From positions 1 through 42,180 of IMG/VR virus record IMGVR_UViG_3300005611_000063: DNA of 42,180 nt. One strand, given 5' to 3'. Position numbers and translations under genes: made by a program. Positions within the stretch are counted from its first letter, which is position 1; each line of letters begins with the position of its first letter. The notes under the pieces are model-generated. The model was given only the letters and a program-made list of their open reading frames with translations. It had not been told where the DNA came from and searched no databases. The stretch comes from a virus (taxonomy: Duplodnaviria; Caudoviricetes). This document shows, piece after piece, positions 17,736-28,055 of the stretch.

Positions 17736-20173
17736 TCAAAAAGCCCGACGATGAAATTGATATTAATTTAAAACACGGCGAAAACGTCTTAAACGCCTGC
17801 ATTGAGAATTTACCCGCTAGATTTGGCGCTGATAAATTTAAACCGAGCTTATCAATTGACGCAGCTATTTTTGACGTTGATGAAATGTCGCCGGATGAAT
17901 TAATCAGTGTTTTAGATTTTGATTACAGTGGCGAAGTTATAACGATTGAATTAGCGCCGCGCGGTGCTGAATCAGTTGTTAGCAGTGTTGGTAATAGGGT
18001 AATGGGACTGACGGGCGATTTAATTGGCTCGCTAATACCAACCCCAGAAATACCAAATTTGCAGGGCGAAGTTAAGCAAAGCCCAAACAGCAACCTGAAA
18101 GCCGCGCAAAATAGCTTTAGAAAAGATCAGGCGATAAGCAACAAGGCAGGCGAAACTTATAGCACCCCAGACTTTATACAGCCCAGTTATTTTGAATATA
18201 GTGGCAATGTAAAAACAATCACAGAGCTATTATGCATTGGAGCAGGTCGATATAACAAACAGCATATTTTAGATACGCTAAGTGACGGCGAAACACTGCT
18301 AAGCAAAATAAGTGGCTCAGTCTACGATGCGTATGTGATTGACAACGGCGACACGGTTCCGGCTGATATTCAAAAAACCGTGACCAACTCGAATAACATA
18401 GACGGACAAGCTTTAGAGGCACCTAATTCTGAACTGTTTGAGCAAGAAATAACAGGCGCGCAATTTACGCTATCAAATCAGATTCAAATACCGGACACAA
18501 ACTCATTAATAGAGGATTTTAATTTACAAGCTGGCTCACAATTTACAATTGATGGGACTAATGCTGGCTTGTATGAAGTTTCCGCAATTAGTCAGGGCGG
18601 CGGCTTTTTTATTATTGATATCGTAACCGCTTCATTTTCGCTAGTTACTGAAACGGTTAACTTTACAAAAGAACCGCCAGCGGGGGAAACGGAAAATAAC
18701 TGGCTTGACTGGGTTGAACTAGAAATAGAATCACCTGATGATATCTGGTTTCATGTCGTTTACCCAAACGGCATACAAAAAGAAAATAGAAGTCGTCACA
18801 CTGTAGAAATAGAAATTGAAATTAGGGACGCAGCTTTAGCAGTTCAAAGTGCTACATTTTCGGCTAGTGAGTTAACTGAGTCGCCTCAGTTTAGAACGTT
18901 TAAGGTATCCGATACCGCCATTGTTATTCCCTCGGGAATGATTGAATTTAGGGCGCGAAAAGTGACACTTGATGAAAGCGGCTTTCGACAAGCTGTACAA
19001 CTTGAAGAAGTGGCAAGCGTTAAAAATCAATCATCAAATAATTATGGTGATGTAACTCTAGTTAGCGTTAAAAAACGGGCCACTAGCTTGGCTTTGGGTG
19101 GTCGAGCGAATAAAATCAACTGCATTGCTAGACGAGAGTTGCGCACATATAACCCAAGCACAGGGTTAGTTAGCACCACGTACAGCTTTACGCAGAAAGC
19201 CGTGGACTACATTTTTTATCTGCTTTATTTTGTCGCTGGTTACTCGTTAGAGCAAATTGATTTAGACTCGCTTTTTTCGCTTGATGACAATTTGAGTGAT
19301 CCGCAATTGGGGCAGTTTGATTACTCGTTTGATGATAAAGATATTGATATTGACGAAGCAGTTAAGACAGCCGCAAACGCGATAAGATCAACTTATTTTA
19401 AACTAGATGGAAAGCCGTCGTTTATTAGAAATGAGGCGCTATTAACGCGCTCGGGGTTAATTGACAATCGAATTATGAGCGGCTTGCCAACTGAGCGGTT
19501 TAGTAATTACACAAGCGGCGATTATGACTCAATCAAGCTTGAATATTTTGACCCAACTATTAACGAAAAGGCGTTTATTGAACGACGAATCAATAAAACT
19601 ACAGGCTCAATAGAAAGTGGAATTGGCGACAACGTAAAAGAAATTAACTTTTCAATTTGTCGAAATACACTACAAGCAACCAATCGCGCCGACTTTGAAA
19701 TACGACTGATTGCTTACATTATTAAAACGGTTAGTTGTCGAGTGTATAAAGATGCGCTTTACTTCACCAAGGGGATGAAAATTGGCTATGCCTCACCTTG
19801 GGATAACGAATATAAGAGCGGCGAAATATTGGGACAATCTCAGGATTTAACAATATTTGACACTAGCGAGCTGGTGGAGCTAAACGGTGTTGATACTTAT
19901 TATTGTTATTTAACTGATAACACAGGGCTACCAACCAGTAGCCCGTTTGTAGTTACTGAGCGTACCGATACAAAATACGGGTTTATAGCACCAAGTGGCC
20001 CCGCTGCATATCTTGCCAGTGGTCAAGTGCAACTTGGCAGTAGGTACATAATAGCAACACTGGACAACTTAAATGCTAGCGATTTATTGGTTGATAATAT
20101 CAGTTATAGCGATAGCGGTTACGCTGATGTATCATTGTTACAATACGATCAAAAATTATACGAGACTGATTAA
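17723..20173 (+). CDS. tail tip / central hub protein (host-specificity J-like)
   Basis: SPNSNL..AQN..R, PDFIQPS and LCIG.GRY motifs; 816 aa. Confidence 0.75.
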   Translation: MPILIKKPDDEIDINLKHGENVLNACIENLPARFGADKFKPSLSIDAAIFDVDEMSPDELISVLDFDYSGEVITIELAPRGAESVVSSVGNRVMGLTGDLIGSLIPTPEIPNLQGEVKQSPNSNLKAAQNSFRKDQAISNKAGETYSTPDFIQPSYFEYSGNVKTITELLCIGAGRYNKQHILDTLSDGETLLSKISGSVYDAYVIDNGDTVPADIQKTVTNSNNIDGQALEAPNSELFEQEITGAQFTLSNQIQIPDTNSLIEDFNLQAGSQFTIDGTNAGLYEVSAISQGGGFFIIDIVTASFSLVTETVNFTKEPPAGETENNWLDWVELEIESPDDIWFHVVYPNGIQKENRSRHTVEIEIEIRDAALAVQSATFSASELTESPQFRTFKVSDTAIVIPSGMIEFRARKVTLDESGFRQAVQLEEVASVKNQSSNNYGDVTLVSVKKRATSLALGGRANKINCIARRELRTYNPSTGLVSTTYSFTQKAVDYIFYLLYFVAGYSLEQIDLDSLFSLDDNLSDPQLGQFDYSFDDKDIDIDEAVKTAANAIRSTYFKLDGKPSFIRNEALLTRSGLIDNRIMSGLPTERFSNYTSGDYDSIKLEYFDPTINEKAFIERRINKTTGSIESGIGDNVKEINFSICRNTLQATNRADFEIRLIAYIIKTVSCRVYKDALYFTKGMKIGYASPWDNEYKSGEILGQSQDLTIFDTSELVELNGVDTYYCYLTDNTGLPTSSPFVVTERTDTKYGFIAPSGPAAYLASGQVQLGSRYIIATLDNLNASDLLVDNISYSDSGYADVSLLQYDQKLYETD

Positions 20174-20174
20174 A

Positions 20175-22364
20175 ATGGCTAATAGTGACACTATCACTAA
20201 TTTTAAAACTGACGCGGGCATTGCTGACAATCTAGTAAACGGCTCAGCTAGCACTTACCCCACTAGATACGGCGGAGATAGAGACTCATTTGCAGGTATG
20301 AATGCAAATGCAAATGCACAACTTAACAAAAATCAAGCGACGTTTGACGCGCAGCTAAACAGCTTGACTAATTCATTTGGCTGGCGCGTGGTTGGTGATT
20401 TTACCACTGGGTTTACTTACACAATGCCAAATGATATCGGTATTGATGCAAGCGGCGACTATTGGCGATACACTGGTGCACTCCCTTTTGTTGTTACTGC
20501 TGGGACTGTGCCAAGCGCACCAAATTATTCACAAGTCGGCTTACAGCCAGTCGCTACAGCTCAATTTGGCAGTTTAGCGATACTAAAAACGGCAAATGTA
20601 ACAGTTGGGCAAATTGTTGAAACGGGCGGTTATTACGTTGTAAATGATGGCGGCGCGGCAAAATATGAAATTGTAGCAGGTGGCTCGGGCGTGGATGATG
20701 GCGGTAGCTACATCGATCTAAACAACGGCGCGCAGGCAAAGCTGATTGTTGAAAACAACGCAGTTGACATAAGACAATTCGGGGCAAGTGAATCTAGCGG
20801 GGATATAGCAGACGTTATAACAGCTATTGATGCATTTGCTTATGAAGGTTTAAAAGTTATTGGGGGTGGCGATTACGCCTCAAGCAACGCCCCAATTTTA
20901 CTAAGAACATCAAGAGTCAATTGGGATTTAGATATAACCGTTGATTTTGCTACAAGCGGTTTTAGCACTGATGGCTTTGATTTAAATAATGTCACAGGGG
21001 TTTATCTAAGAGTCGAAAAAATATTAAATGCTAGACGATACGGTGTCAATCATAGAGAAATAACGCAAGAATGCTACACACATTATACAACAGTAGAGTC
21101 ATGCGAATTTACGGCGTTTTTTAATTCGGGCGTTGACAATACTTTTTATAAGTGTATATCAGGTGATACAGGATGGGATTTAGCCTCAAACTTTCAATCT
21201 AAACGTGCAAAATGGGTTGAATGTGTATCATATAGAGCGAAAAGACACGGGTTTAGTACGGACTCGAATACTGAGGATTGCCACTTTATTGAATGCACAG
21301 CAATAGATAATGGGGGCTTTTTAAATGAAGGTAGTGATGCTTATCATTTTGAAGACAGTACGCTTTATACAAACAGGCAGACGGGCTACATGAGTGGATG
21401 CGTAGCGAAATATACAGATAGTCATGTGCTACTTTCAGACCCAACATATATAAATCTGTGCAGGGCGTTTAGAAGTGAAAACTGTTATAAAATTGTAGTT
21501 GATGGGCTTGATGTGTCGGCCGAGCCATTGATTCAAACCGCGCTAGAAAATACGGGGCTTGTTTACTTTGGGGATAGCAGGGCAGATCAAAATACTATAT
21601 CGCCACAAACTGTAATAAATGGCTTGATTTTGAATTTTGGTAAAGTCATTGTCGGCACGCAAAGCGCAGTTCTTAATAACCCAAAGGGAGGATTTGTTGT
21701 TGAAAAGCTTGGGTATGGTGGGCAGCTAACAATGAACGAGCCAGACTTAAATGCTTCAGCAAATGATGAGAATTTTGGCAAAACTTTAATAACAACGTCA
21801 GGAGACTTTCAAAATAGAAAAGTATTCATAAATGGGGGCACTATTGCACAATACGGGTCAATTTTTGATAGGGTTTGCCGTGATGTTATATGCACCGCTT
21901 ATATTGAGTCAGTGGCTAACCCGTTCAACATTTCAAGTCCTGATATTTCAAATTCAGCTATCGAAAACGAAAGGGTGGTAATTGGGGGATCTTGTAGCGG
22001 TGTGAGTGGTGTGTTTTTGTCAGAGCACAATAATGATCCGATTGATAGCGTACTAGTTGAAAATGTTAAGTTTTTCGGGACTATAAATCAGTTAAGATCA
22101 GCAAATTTTAGTTTGTCAAAATGGATAGGCTGCGACTCATCAAAAGCGACAATTGCAACAATTGAGACAGGCCCAACTTTGATCGGCCTAAACGCAAAAG
22201 CAAGATCTTATTTTGACGCGATAACGCTATCAATTGACTCTAGCGATCCTGTTACACTTGGCGTAGAGCCAGAAAGCAAGGGGTCAATGATCTATCGTAC
22301 ATCGGACGGTGCACACTGGGTAGCTAACGGAATAACATCGGCAGACTGGCTGCTTTTATCATAA
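20175..22364 (+). CDS. tailspike with parallel beta-helix (putative depolymerase / receptor-binding protein)
   Basis: N-terminal virion anchor (WRYTGALPF), GYY..DGGAA.Y motif, IRQFGA beta-helix entry, N/C-rich repeats; ATG at 20175 preferred over 20073. Confidence 0.8.
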   Translation: MANSDTITNFKTDAGIADNLVNGSASTYPTRYGGDRDSFAGMNANANAQLNKNQATFDAQLNSLTNSFGWRVVGDFTTGFTYTMPNDIGIDASGDYWRYTGALPFVVTAGTVPSAPNYSQVGLQPVATAQFGSLAILKTANVTVGQIVETGGYYVVNDGGAAKYEIVAGGSGVDDGGSYIDLNNGAQAKLIVENNAVDIRQFGASESSGDIADVITAIDAFAYEGLKVIGGGDYASSNAPILLRTSRVNWDLDITVDFATSGFSTDGFDLNNVTGVYLRVEKILNARRYGVNHREITQECYTHYTTVESCEFTAFFNSGVDNTFYKCISGDTGWDLASNFQSKRAKWVECVSYRAKRHGFSTDSNTEDCHFIECTAIDNGGFLNEGSDAYHFEDSTLYTNRQTGYMSGCVAKYTDSHVLLSDPTYINLCRAFRSENCYKIVVDGLDVSAEPLIQTALENTGLVYFGDSRADQNTISPQTVINGLILNFGKVIVGTQSAVLNNPKGGFVVEKLGYGGQLTMNEPDLNASANDENFGKTLITTSGDFQNRKVFINGGTIAQYGSIFDRVCRDVICTAYIESVANPFNISSPDISNSAIENERVVIGGSCSGVSGVFLSEHNNDPIDSVLVENVKFFGTINQLRSANFSLSKWIGCDSSKATIATIETGPTLIGLNAKARSYFDAITLSIDSSDPVTLGVEPESKGSMIYRTSDGAHWVANGITSADWLLLS

Positions 22365-22558
22365 AACCTTAACAACCTCAAATTAGCGGCACGTCTAGCT
22401 TGATTGTGCCGCTTTATTTCACAATCGCAATTGTTAAGCGCTTCAAGATAAGCCTTGTTGTACCCTTTTAGCGCTATCAGCTTTTTATCAACTGGTAGCG
22501 CGTCAATTTTTGATTTAATCCATTTTTTGTCATCTGGGTGATAATTATCCGGCAACAT
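22292..22558 (-). CDS. hypothetical protein
   Basis: Last gene of the leftward operon; NQARRAAN.RL motif; 3' overlap with the tailspike gene. Confidence 0.6.
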   Translation of the reverse strand: MLPDNYHPDDKKWIKSKIDALPVDKKLIALKGYNKAYLEALNNCDCEIKRHNQARRAANLRLLRFYDKSSQSADVIPLATQCAPSDVR

Positions 22559-22949
22559 TAATCCAATCCTTTAGCGCCTCAAGCGCCGCCTTGTGTCCGA
22601 GGGCAACACAAGCAAAAGCGCCTGATTTTTGCGCTTCTTCTAGTGTTTCTTGCTGATTTGGTTGCCAGCGGCTTTTAGTGTGATCTAGTCGCTTTAACTC
22701 AATAACAAGAGTAGGGCTACCAATTACCAATAAATCAGGCGCGCCAGTTAACAGTCCGTTAGCCTTTTCTTTTTGCGCTTGTGCATTTGTCCTTTTCCCT
22801 TCGTTTTTGATATGCAATGCAAGCCTTGCAATCTCTGGATAGTCCCGTCTAAGTATATTAAAAAAAGTGATTTGCTCAGCATCTTCTTTCGGGCAGTCGC
22901 CACGGTAACTGGTGTCACCGTAAACTTTTATATCTTTGTTAAACTTCAT
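22545..22949 (-). CDS. VRR-NUC nuclease
   Basis: GAPDL..IELK PD-(D/E)xK motif; HIKNEGKR. Confidence 0.85.
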   Translation of the reverse strand: MKFNKDIKVYGDTSYRGDCPKEDAEQITFFNILRRDYPEIARLALHIKNEGKRTNAQAQKEKANGLLTGAPDLLVIGSPTLVIELKRLDHTKSRWQPNQQETLEEAQKSGAFACVALGHKAALEALKDWINVAG

Positions 22950-24798
22950 CTTTTAAAATATCCTCTGGATTGTTGTATGCCATAACTTCAAAAAAAGATC
23001 CTATTTTCATGGCGGTAATTGTTGTAAGTGGAGTTATTTTTTTACCCTTAACCCAATTTACAACGTCTTCAATAGTTGAGTTGTCATTATCATTATTTGG
23101 CATTATAGCATTAACAAATTCGCGCCATTTTCTAACTGCTTTTGTGTTGTTGGAATTTGGGTTGATCCAAAAGGGAAACGTTCTAAATTCAGTAGTTATA
23201 TCAACCCGTAGCGAATTGCCACCACTTTGACTAACCCAAGGCTGAACACTCATATTAATCACTTTGTCACTGGTCGCAACCCTTGCGCTTGATTTTGCCT
23301 TTTGAAATTCAATGGTTAACTTTTCGTTTGGATCTACAAGTTCAACTTTGCATTTTTTGCATCGCCTTGCTGCTATATCGTTCTCGTGACCGCATTCCAA
23401 GCATTCCTTAAAATCGTATCTGTGCGAGCACTGCTCAAGTCCAAACTTTCCAACCTCATAAGACTGGCAACGTCTACCAAAGTGTGCCGGAAGGTGTTTG
23501 CCTTCTTCGTATTCTATGCGCCTACCGGACAAGTCTAAAAAAAAGCCCTGCGCGTCAACTTCAAAATTTTCTGGGTTAGGCCTGCCTGCAAATTCATTTT
23601 CAAATCCGCATTTCGGACACTGGGCGCCAATCATTAACTTGCCCTCTGACGCCATGCTTACTTTAATTTCTGGGGTAAATATATCATCTTGCAAGCCATG
23701 TCTTTCAATGTTTTTTGCATAGTCAAGCACGCTAAAAAACGCCTTCCTCTCAAACAGTCTTGCTCCACGTCCAATTATTTGCTGAAAAAGCCCCGCGCTT
23801 TCTGTTGATCTTAAAATAGCCACTACATCAACATGAGGTGCATCAAATCCAGTTGTTAACACGTCAACATTGACAATGTATTTAAATCGCATTAGCTTAA
23901 AATCATTAATTATTTTTTCACGTTCTTTTTTCTTGGTTTCGCCAGATATCATGCGCCACTGGTCAGGCGGTAAACTTTCACAAATTTCATTCGCGTGCTG
24001 AATTGACGCACCGAAAAACATTACGCCATTGGCATACGTTGACTTTTGAACAACATCGGCAACTATTTCAGCGGTTAAGCGGCCTTTACCTTCAAAAGCC
24101 TGCGAAACGGTACTAGCATCGAATTTACCAGTGGGTTTAAGTATTAAACCGCTTGTGTCGTAAGCCTTGTCTAGTGACTCAGTGACGGGCTTGGTTAGAT
24201 ACCCCCTCGCTATTAAATGCGCGGCTGGCACTTGATAGAGCAACTTATCAAAATAAGGATTTGCGGCTTTATCCTCTGTATTTGATTTTCCGTCCGGCCA
24301 AACCCTAAATATATAACCAGTTTTCATGCGGTACGGGGTAGCAGTCAACCCAATAACCCTTAACTTGTCGTTTTTTTCTTTAAGTTGGCTAATAATCTTT
24401 ATTAGCGTTGGCGTTATTCCATGCGCTTCATCAAGCACCACGGCGGCAAAGTCACCGCCAAACTTGCTTATGCTACCGAGGACGGTTTGCGGAGTACCAA
24501 AGACAACCGGGTGCTTTAGGCACTTGCGTCCGGCGGAAGCGCTAAACATGCTAGCTGGTTCGCCAGTCTTTAAGTAACGCTCCCTATTTTGCTCAACTAG
24601 TTCTTTGCTTGGAGCTAAGCACAACACGCGCTTGCCGCTGCTGATTTGATTTATCTGTTTTGCTATTTCACTGACTATTAGCGATTTACCCGCGCCAGTT
24701 GCAAGCTCTAACAGGCAGCTTGACAAGGTGGTTTTCATGTGATTTATAGCAGCATCGACAGCTTCCTGCTGGTAGTCTCTTAGTTTAAACTTTTTCAA
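22939..24798 (-). CDS. SF2 DEAH helicase with C-terminal Zn fingers
   Basis: LRDYQ, ATGAGKS, DEAH, TAT, TGFDAP and QIIGRGAR motifs; CxxC pairs; TTG start at 24798 after AAGGGG. Confidence 0.92.
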   Translation of the reverse strand: MKKFKLRDYQQEAVDAAINHMKTTLSSCLLELATGAGKSLIVSEIAKQINQISSGKRVLCLAPSKELVEQNRERYLKTGEPASMFSASAGRKCLKHPVVFGTPQTVLGSISKFGGDFAAVVLDEAHGITPTLIKIISQLKEKNDKLRVIGLTATPYRMKTGYIFRVWPDGKSNTEDKAANPYFDKLLYQVPAAHLIARGYLTKPVTESLDKAYDTSGLILKPTGKFDASTVSQAFEGKGRLTAEIVADVVQKSTYANGVMFFGASIQHANEICESLPPDQWRMISGETKKKEREKIINDFKLMRFKYIVNVDVLTTGFDAPHVDVVAILRSTESAGLFQQIIGRGARLFERKAFFSVLDYAKNIERHGLQDDIFTPEIKVSMASEGKLMIGAQCPKCGFENEFAGRPNPENFEVDAQGFFLDLSGRRIEYEEGKHLPAHFGRRCQSYEVGKFGLEQCSHRYDFKECLECGHENDIAARRCKKCKVELVDPNEKLTIEFQKAKSSARVATSDKVINMSVQPWVSQSGGNSLRVDITTEFRTFPFWINPNSNNTKAVRKWREFVNAIMPNNDNDNSTIEDVVNWVKGKKITPLTTITAMKIGSFFEVMAYNNPEDILKDEV

Positions 24799-25588
24799 AA
24801 GCAACCCCTTTGCACTTCCTTTTATCTTTTATGCTTGTCATTATTGCCTGTGATGTTACTCCTATGGACTTCGCTGCTAGACTAGCCGTCAAAAACACTT
24901 CCCCAGTTGTAAGGCTTCTTATTTTTATGCTGTTATGAACATTTTCTCCAGATGGATACCCGCTTAATGTTGGCTTTATCTCTATCGCCTCTCCTGTAGG
25001 AGATAGATAGCAAAAATGAAGACCGCCAGCTGTTCCCCCTGTCCTAAGTGAATAGTTTATATTTCCTTTTTTGTGGGTTTTTTTTGCTAAGGATATTGAA
25101 CCGAATACCTCTCCGGTTTCCTTGCATATGATTTTTTTCGCTCTTGGGTTTTTTTCACCGATTCTCAACCTTGCTTTTTCTGACATTTTTATTTTTGCCT
25201 CACTTGTTCTCTTTGAGCCATAGTTAGGGTTCGCCACCCCCTTTAAACCGTGCATTGGATGTCTTTCTCCTGACCTATTCTGACTAAGCCATTTTGACAT
25301 TTGCTCTCTTGCGTATTTAAATGACCGACTGGTATATCTAACCCTTCCATTGCCGACTGGTTTAGTCATTGAGAAGAACGCAAATGTCATACTTTTATCC
25401 ATGTGGATCTTCAGTAATAACCAATGGGCTAAGAAGTGTTCTCTAGCTGTCAGGTAAACTAGATTTTCCTTACGGTCGCTTCCTCCGTGTGACTTTGGTA
25501 TTATGTGATGATTTTCACAATAGCAATCTGGCTTCCTTCTTTCCTTCGCTTTACTTATCAAATTAGAGTATATTTTTTTGTAATTCAT
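24785..25588 (-). CDS. free-standing HNH homing endonuclease with NUMOD-like DNA-binding repeats
   Basis: ENHHIIPKSHGG..NLVYLTAREH..AH motif; NPNYG..R.SE.K.KMS repeats. Confidence 0.9.
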   Translation of the reverse strand: MNYKKIYSNLISKAKERRKPDCYCENHHIIPKSHGGSDRKENLVYLTAREHFLAHWLLLKIHMDKSMTFAFFSMTKPVGNGRVRYTSRSFKYAREQMSKWLSQNRSGERHPMHGLKGVANPNYGSKRTSEAKIKMSEKARLRIGEKNPRAKKIICKETGEVFGSISLAKKTHKKGNINYSLRTGGTAGGLHFCYLSPTGEAIEIKPTLSGYPSGENVHNSIKIRSLTTGEVFLTASLAAKSIGVTSQAIMTSIKDKRKCKGVAFEKV

Positions 25589-25680
25589 AGTTCAAAACAT
25601 AGGTAAATAAAATTTACTTTACTATGTTTTGAACTGTTGTCAACGGCTTCCTGCTGATAATCCCGTAATTTAAAAGTCAT
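25585..25680 (-). pseudogene. displaced helicase 5' end (31-aa leader ORF)
   Basis: Reads MTFKLRDYQQEAVD NSSKH...; ATG overlaps the exonuclease TGA and its TGA overlaps the HNH ATG. Confidence 0.85.
25589..25635. promoter_or_regulatory. 14-bp inverted-repeat hairpin abutting the HNH start codon
   Basis: agttcaaaacatag (25589-25602) and ctatgttttgaact (25622-25635). Confidence 0.8.
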
Positions 25681-26534
25681 TTAATACCCCAGATTTTAGA
25701 TGACTTTCCCCTGTATTTGGATAAATCAGCGTCCGGAAGCAATTCCTTTACAACTTTTGAATAACTAATTGATCCGGCTTTTTCAATCGGGTAAACCAAT
25801 AATCCGCCGACATTGCTTTTTGTCTCGCCCGCTATCTTGATCAGCTCTTTTTTTGCCGCTTCCTTATCTTTTTTTGCTGCTTCTTCATTAGCCTTGGCAA
25901 GTGAGTATTTTGCTGCGGCGCTAATTGCTTCCTTAGTTGTTATTTCATCAGCTAAATATTTGTCAGGATCTTTTATTGCTTTTTCGTAACGGGCATAAAA
26001 GGATTTTAACTTTGGTAAATTGGACTCGAACCAAGGTTGATCATATTCAACAATTTCAGCAACGGAGCCCAGTGGAGACCATTGATAAAAATGACAAAGA
26101 TTAGTAGCAGTGCAAGCCATTTCAATTTGAACTTGAGCGTAATAGTGAGGTTGCTCTTTTAGTGTTTTAAATTCACCTGTTTTTTTTGCGCCGTAAGGGC
26201 ATTTGCATTCAAAGCACGCTAATTCTCCAATTAGCCCGTCCGGTGAAGCGCCTAAAAACGGGTAAAACGGGTGCGGATGAAACCCCGTTTCTGTTACGTC
26301 TAAGCCAGTTTCAAGTTCAAAATCAAGTGTTGCCGCGTTTTCGTTTGCTATACCGTATTCAGTTGCAATATTGCCTTTGAATTCACTTTTTGCGCCGTGG
26401 TATTCTCTCACCATTGCGCGCAATACATCATTTGCAGTCATCCAAGGGTTTAATCCAAGGATAGCGCCGACCCTACTGCCTGTTATTTTGCCTTTTCGCT
26501 GCTCGAACCATTTTTCTGAACGTTGCTTAATCAT
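25677..26534 (-). CDS. YqaJ / lambda-type exonuclease
   Basis: QRSEKW..R...ITGS, GASPDG, ECKCP and YYAQVQ motifs. Confidence 0.9.
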   Translation of the reverse strand: MIKQRSEKWFEQRKGKITGSRVGAILGLNPWMTANDVLRAMVREYHGAKSEFKGNIATEYGIANENAATLDFELETGLDVTETGFHPHPFYPFLGASPDGLIGELACFECKCPYGAKKTGEFKTLKEQPHYYAQVQIEMACTATNLCHFYQWSPLGSVAEIVEYDQPWFESNLPKLKSFYARYEKAIKDPDKYLADEITTKEAISAAAKYSLAKANEEAAKKDKEAAKKELIKIAGETKSNVGGLLVYPIEKAGSISYSKVVKELLPDADLSKYRGKSSKIWGIK

Positions 26535-26579
26535 ATAAATCACTCCTTAAAAGCCATCCTTGGCGGTGTTGCTCGGTGG

Positions 26580-27143
26580 TTAAAAACCTACGTCATCATC
26601 AAAGCTATTATTCGGCACTGGTACAACCGCTTGTTGTGGTGCTTGGGTTTGCTGTGGTTGTTGCGCCTGCTGTTTAGAGCGTGGAGCAACGGCATTGATC
26701 CAGTTACCTGTTTTGGTTTCGCCCGTTGCATTATCCGGCATAGACCAAACTTTTACTTGAATCATCATTGGCTTATTCATTAGGGCTATCGCCAATTCTT
26801 GATCTGACGGCATTGATTGGCTTTGCATTAGCTTGCCACCTGCATTCATGTCAATAGCTGCTAGCATTCGTTTAGCCTTATCCATTGTTGCTTGTGGATT
26901 TTTGTCGTTCTGCTTACCGCCATTAACCCAAAGCTTTTGAAAAACTTTACGGTTAGCGTATTCGCCACTTGCGATAGACCAGCGGAGGCTAATATAGCCA
27001 GCGCCGTCATAATCATCCCATTTCGCTTCGTCTATCAACGCAAGCAGTTGAGTGTTGTTTGGTATTGGCTTAATGTCTTCGCTTAACTGCATTTCGCCCT
27101 GTGTTTTTACGGCAGAGCCGTCAGAAGTAGCCCAAAAACTCAT
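26580..27143 (-). CDS. single-stranded DNA-binding protein (DUF669-like)
   Basis: Q/P-rich linker, acidic DDDVGF tail, next to the Sak4-like gene. Confidence 0.75.
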   Translation of the reverse strand: MSFWATSDGSAVKTQGEMQLSEDIKPIPNNTQLLALIDEAKWDDYDGAGYISLRWSIASGEYANRKVFQKLWVNGGKQNDKNPQATMDKAKRMLAAIDMNAGGKLMQSQSMPSDQELAIALMNKPMMIQVKVWSMPDNATGETKTGNWINAVAPRSKQQAQQPQQTQAPQQAVVPVPNNSFDDDVGF

Positions 27144-27145
27144 AA

Positions 27146-27928
27146 TTATTCACCTTTTTCAATGTTAGGAATGTATTGTAATAGAGGGTTTTCGCCCTTA
27201 TTAATTAAAATATCTTCTTCAATGCCGAAGCGGTTTTTTGACACGTTATTTGCAACCGCGTAGCACACAAGCACACGCTGACCCGCTGATACTGCTTTTT
27301 TAAAGCGGTCTTCTTTTTCGCCCTGCGCGAACGTTTCAAGCTTGATAAAGCCAACCAGGTCAACGTTTTCCTTGTAATGCACCAATGAGCGTTTGTTCAT
27401 GTTGAACGTGTATCGAGTGTAAGGTTCGCAGTCCGGCAAATCTAAAATTTCAGTGGTAGAGTGGATCAGAAATACAACGTTAATGCCTTTGTCTTTTAAC
27501 AGCTCGGCTGCTTTTCTGACCCTACCGTGTAGATTGGCAACCGCTTCATATCCGGCACCGTAACCACCGTGAACGGTTTTTATGCTGGTGCTTGACTTAA
27601 CTTTCATGGGGTTGCTTTCTTTCCATTCGCTAACCACGTCGTTAATAAAAATTTCTTCCAGCACTGATATGGTATCAATCACCACCGTTTTGAATTCGTG
27701 CGGCCCTTGAATTAGCGCTTTAAGCTGATCAAAAAGCTCTTTCGACGATCCTATTTTAGGGAATGCCGCCGGACGTTCAGCTCGTGGAATTGCCACTAAA
27801 CCGTCCTCAGCTCGTATAAAAACAGGGCTCGGAAACTTTGACGCTAGCGTGGTTTTGCCCAACCCCGATTCACTATACAACGTGCAAATAATCGCGCCGT
27901 CTTCCGGCACTTGAATACTATCTAACAT
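27146..27928 (-). CDS. Sak4-like AAA ATPase / recombinase
   Basis: GLGKTT Walker A, TVVIDT Walker B, GYGAGY and KNR motifs. Confidence 0.85.
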   Translation of the reverse strand: MLDSIQVPEDGAIICTLYSESGLGKTTLASKFPSPVFIRAEDGLVAIPRAERPAAFPKIGSSKELFDQLKALIQGPHEFKTVVIDTISVLEEIFINDVVSEWKESNPMKVKSSTSIKTVHGGYGAGYEAVANLHGRVRKAAELLKDKGINVVFLIHSTTEILDLPDCEPYTRYTFNMNKRSLVHYKENVDLVGFIKLETFAQGEKEDRFKKAVSAGQRVLVCYAVANNVSKNRFGIEEDILINKGENPLLQYIPNIEKGE

Positions 27929-27963
27929 TTTTTTATCACTCTCTTTCGCTTCAACTGGGACAA

Positions 27964-27992
27964 ACTTTAGACGTTAATTTATTGCGAGTCAA
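27964..27992 (-). promoter_or_regulatory. sigma70 promoter of the leftward operon
   Basis: Minus strand TTGACT-N17-TAAAGT. Confidence 0.7.
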
Positions 27993-28055
27993 CACTTTTT
28001 GTTTAGTTTTTTATTTGCTATAGTTAATGCAACTTAAATGACAGGCGTTAAATAA

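Noticed and set aside
20073-20174. N-terminal signal/TM extension of the tailspike
   Set aside because: Overlaps the tail-tip gene; the ATG at 20175 right after its stop is the more plausible start
24785-25640. Group I intron or intein in the helicase
   Set aside because: Only ~50 nt flank the HNH, too little for a ribozyme core; the HNH has its own stop and the downstream helicase has a complete N-terminus
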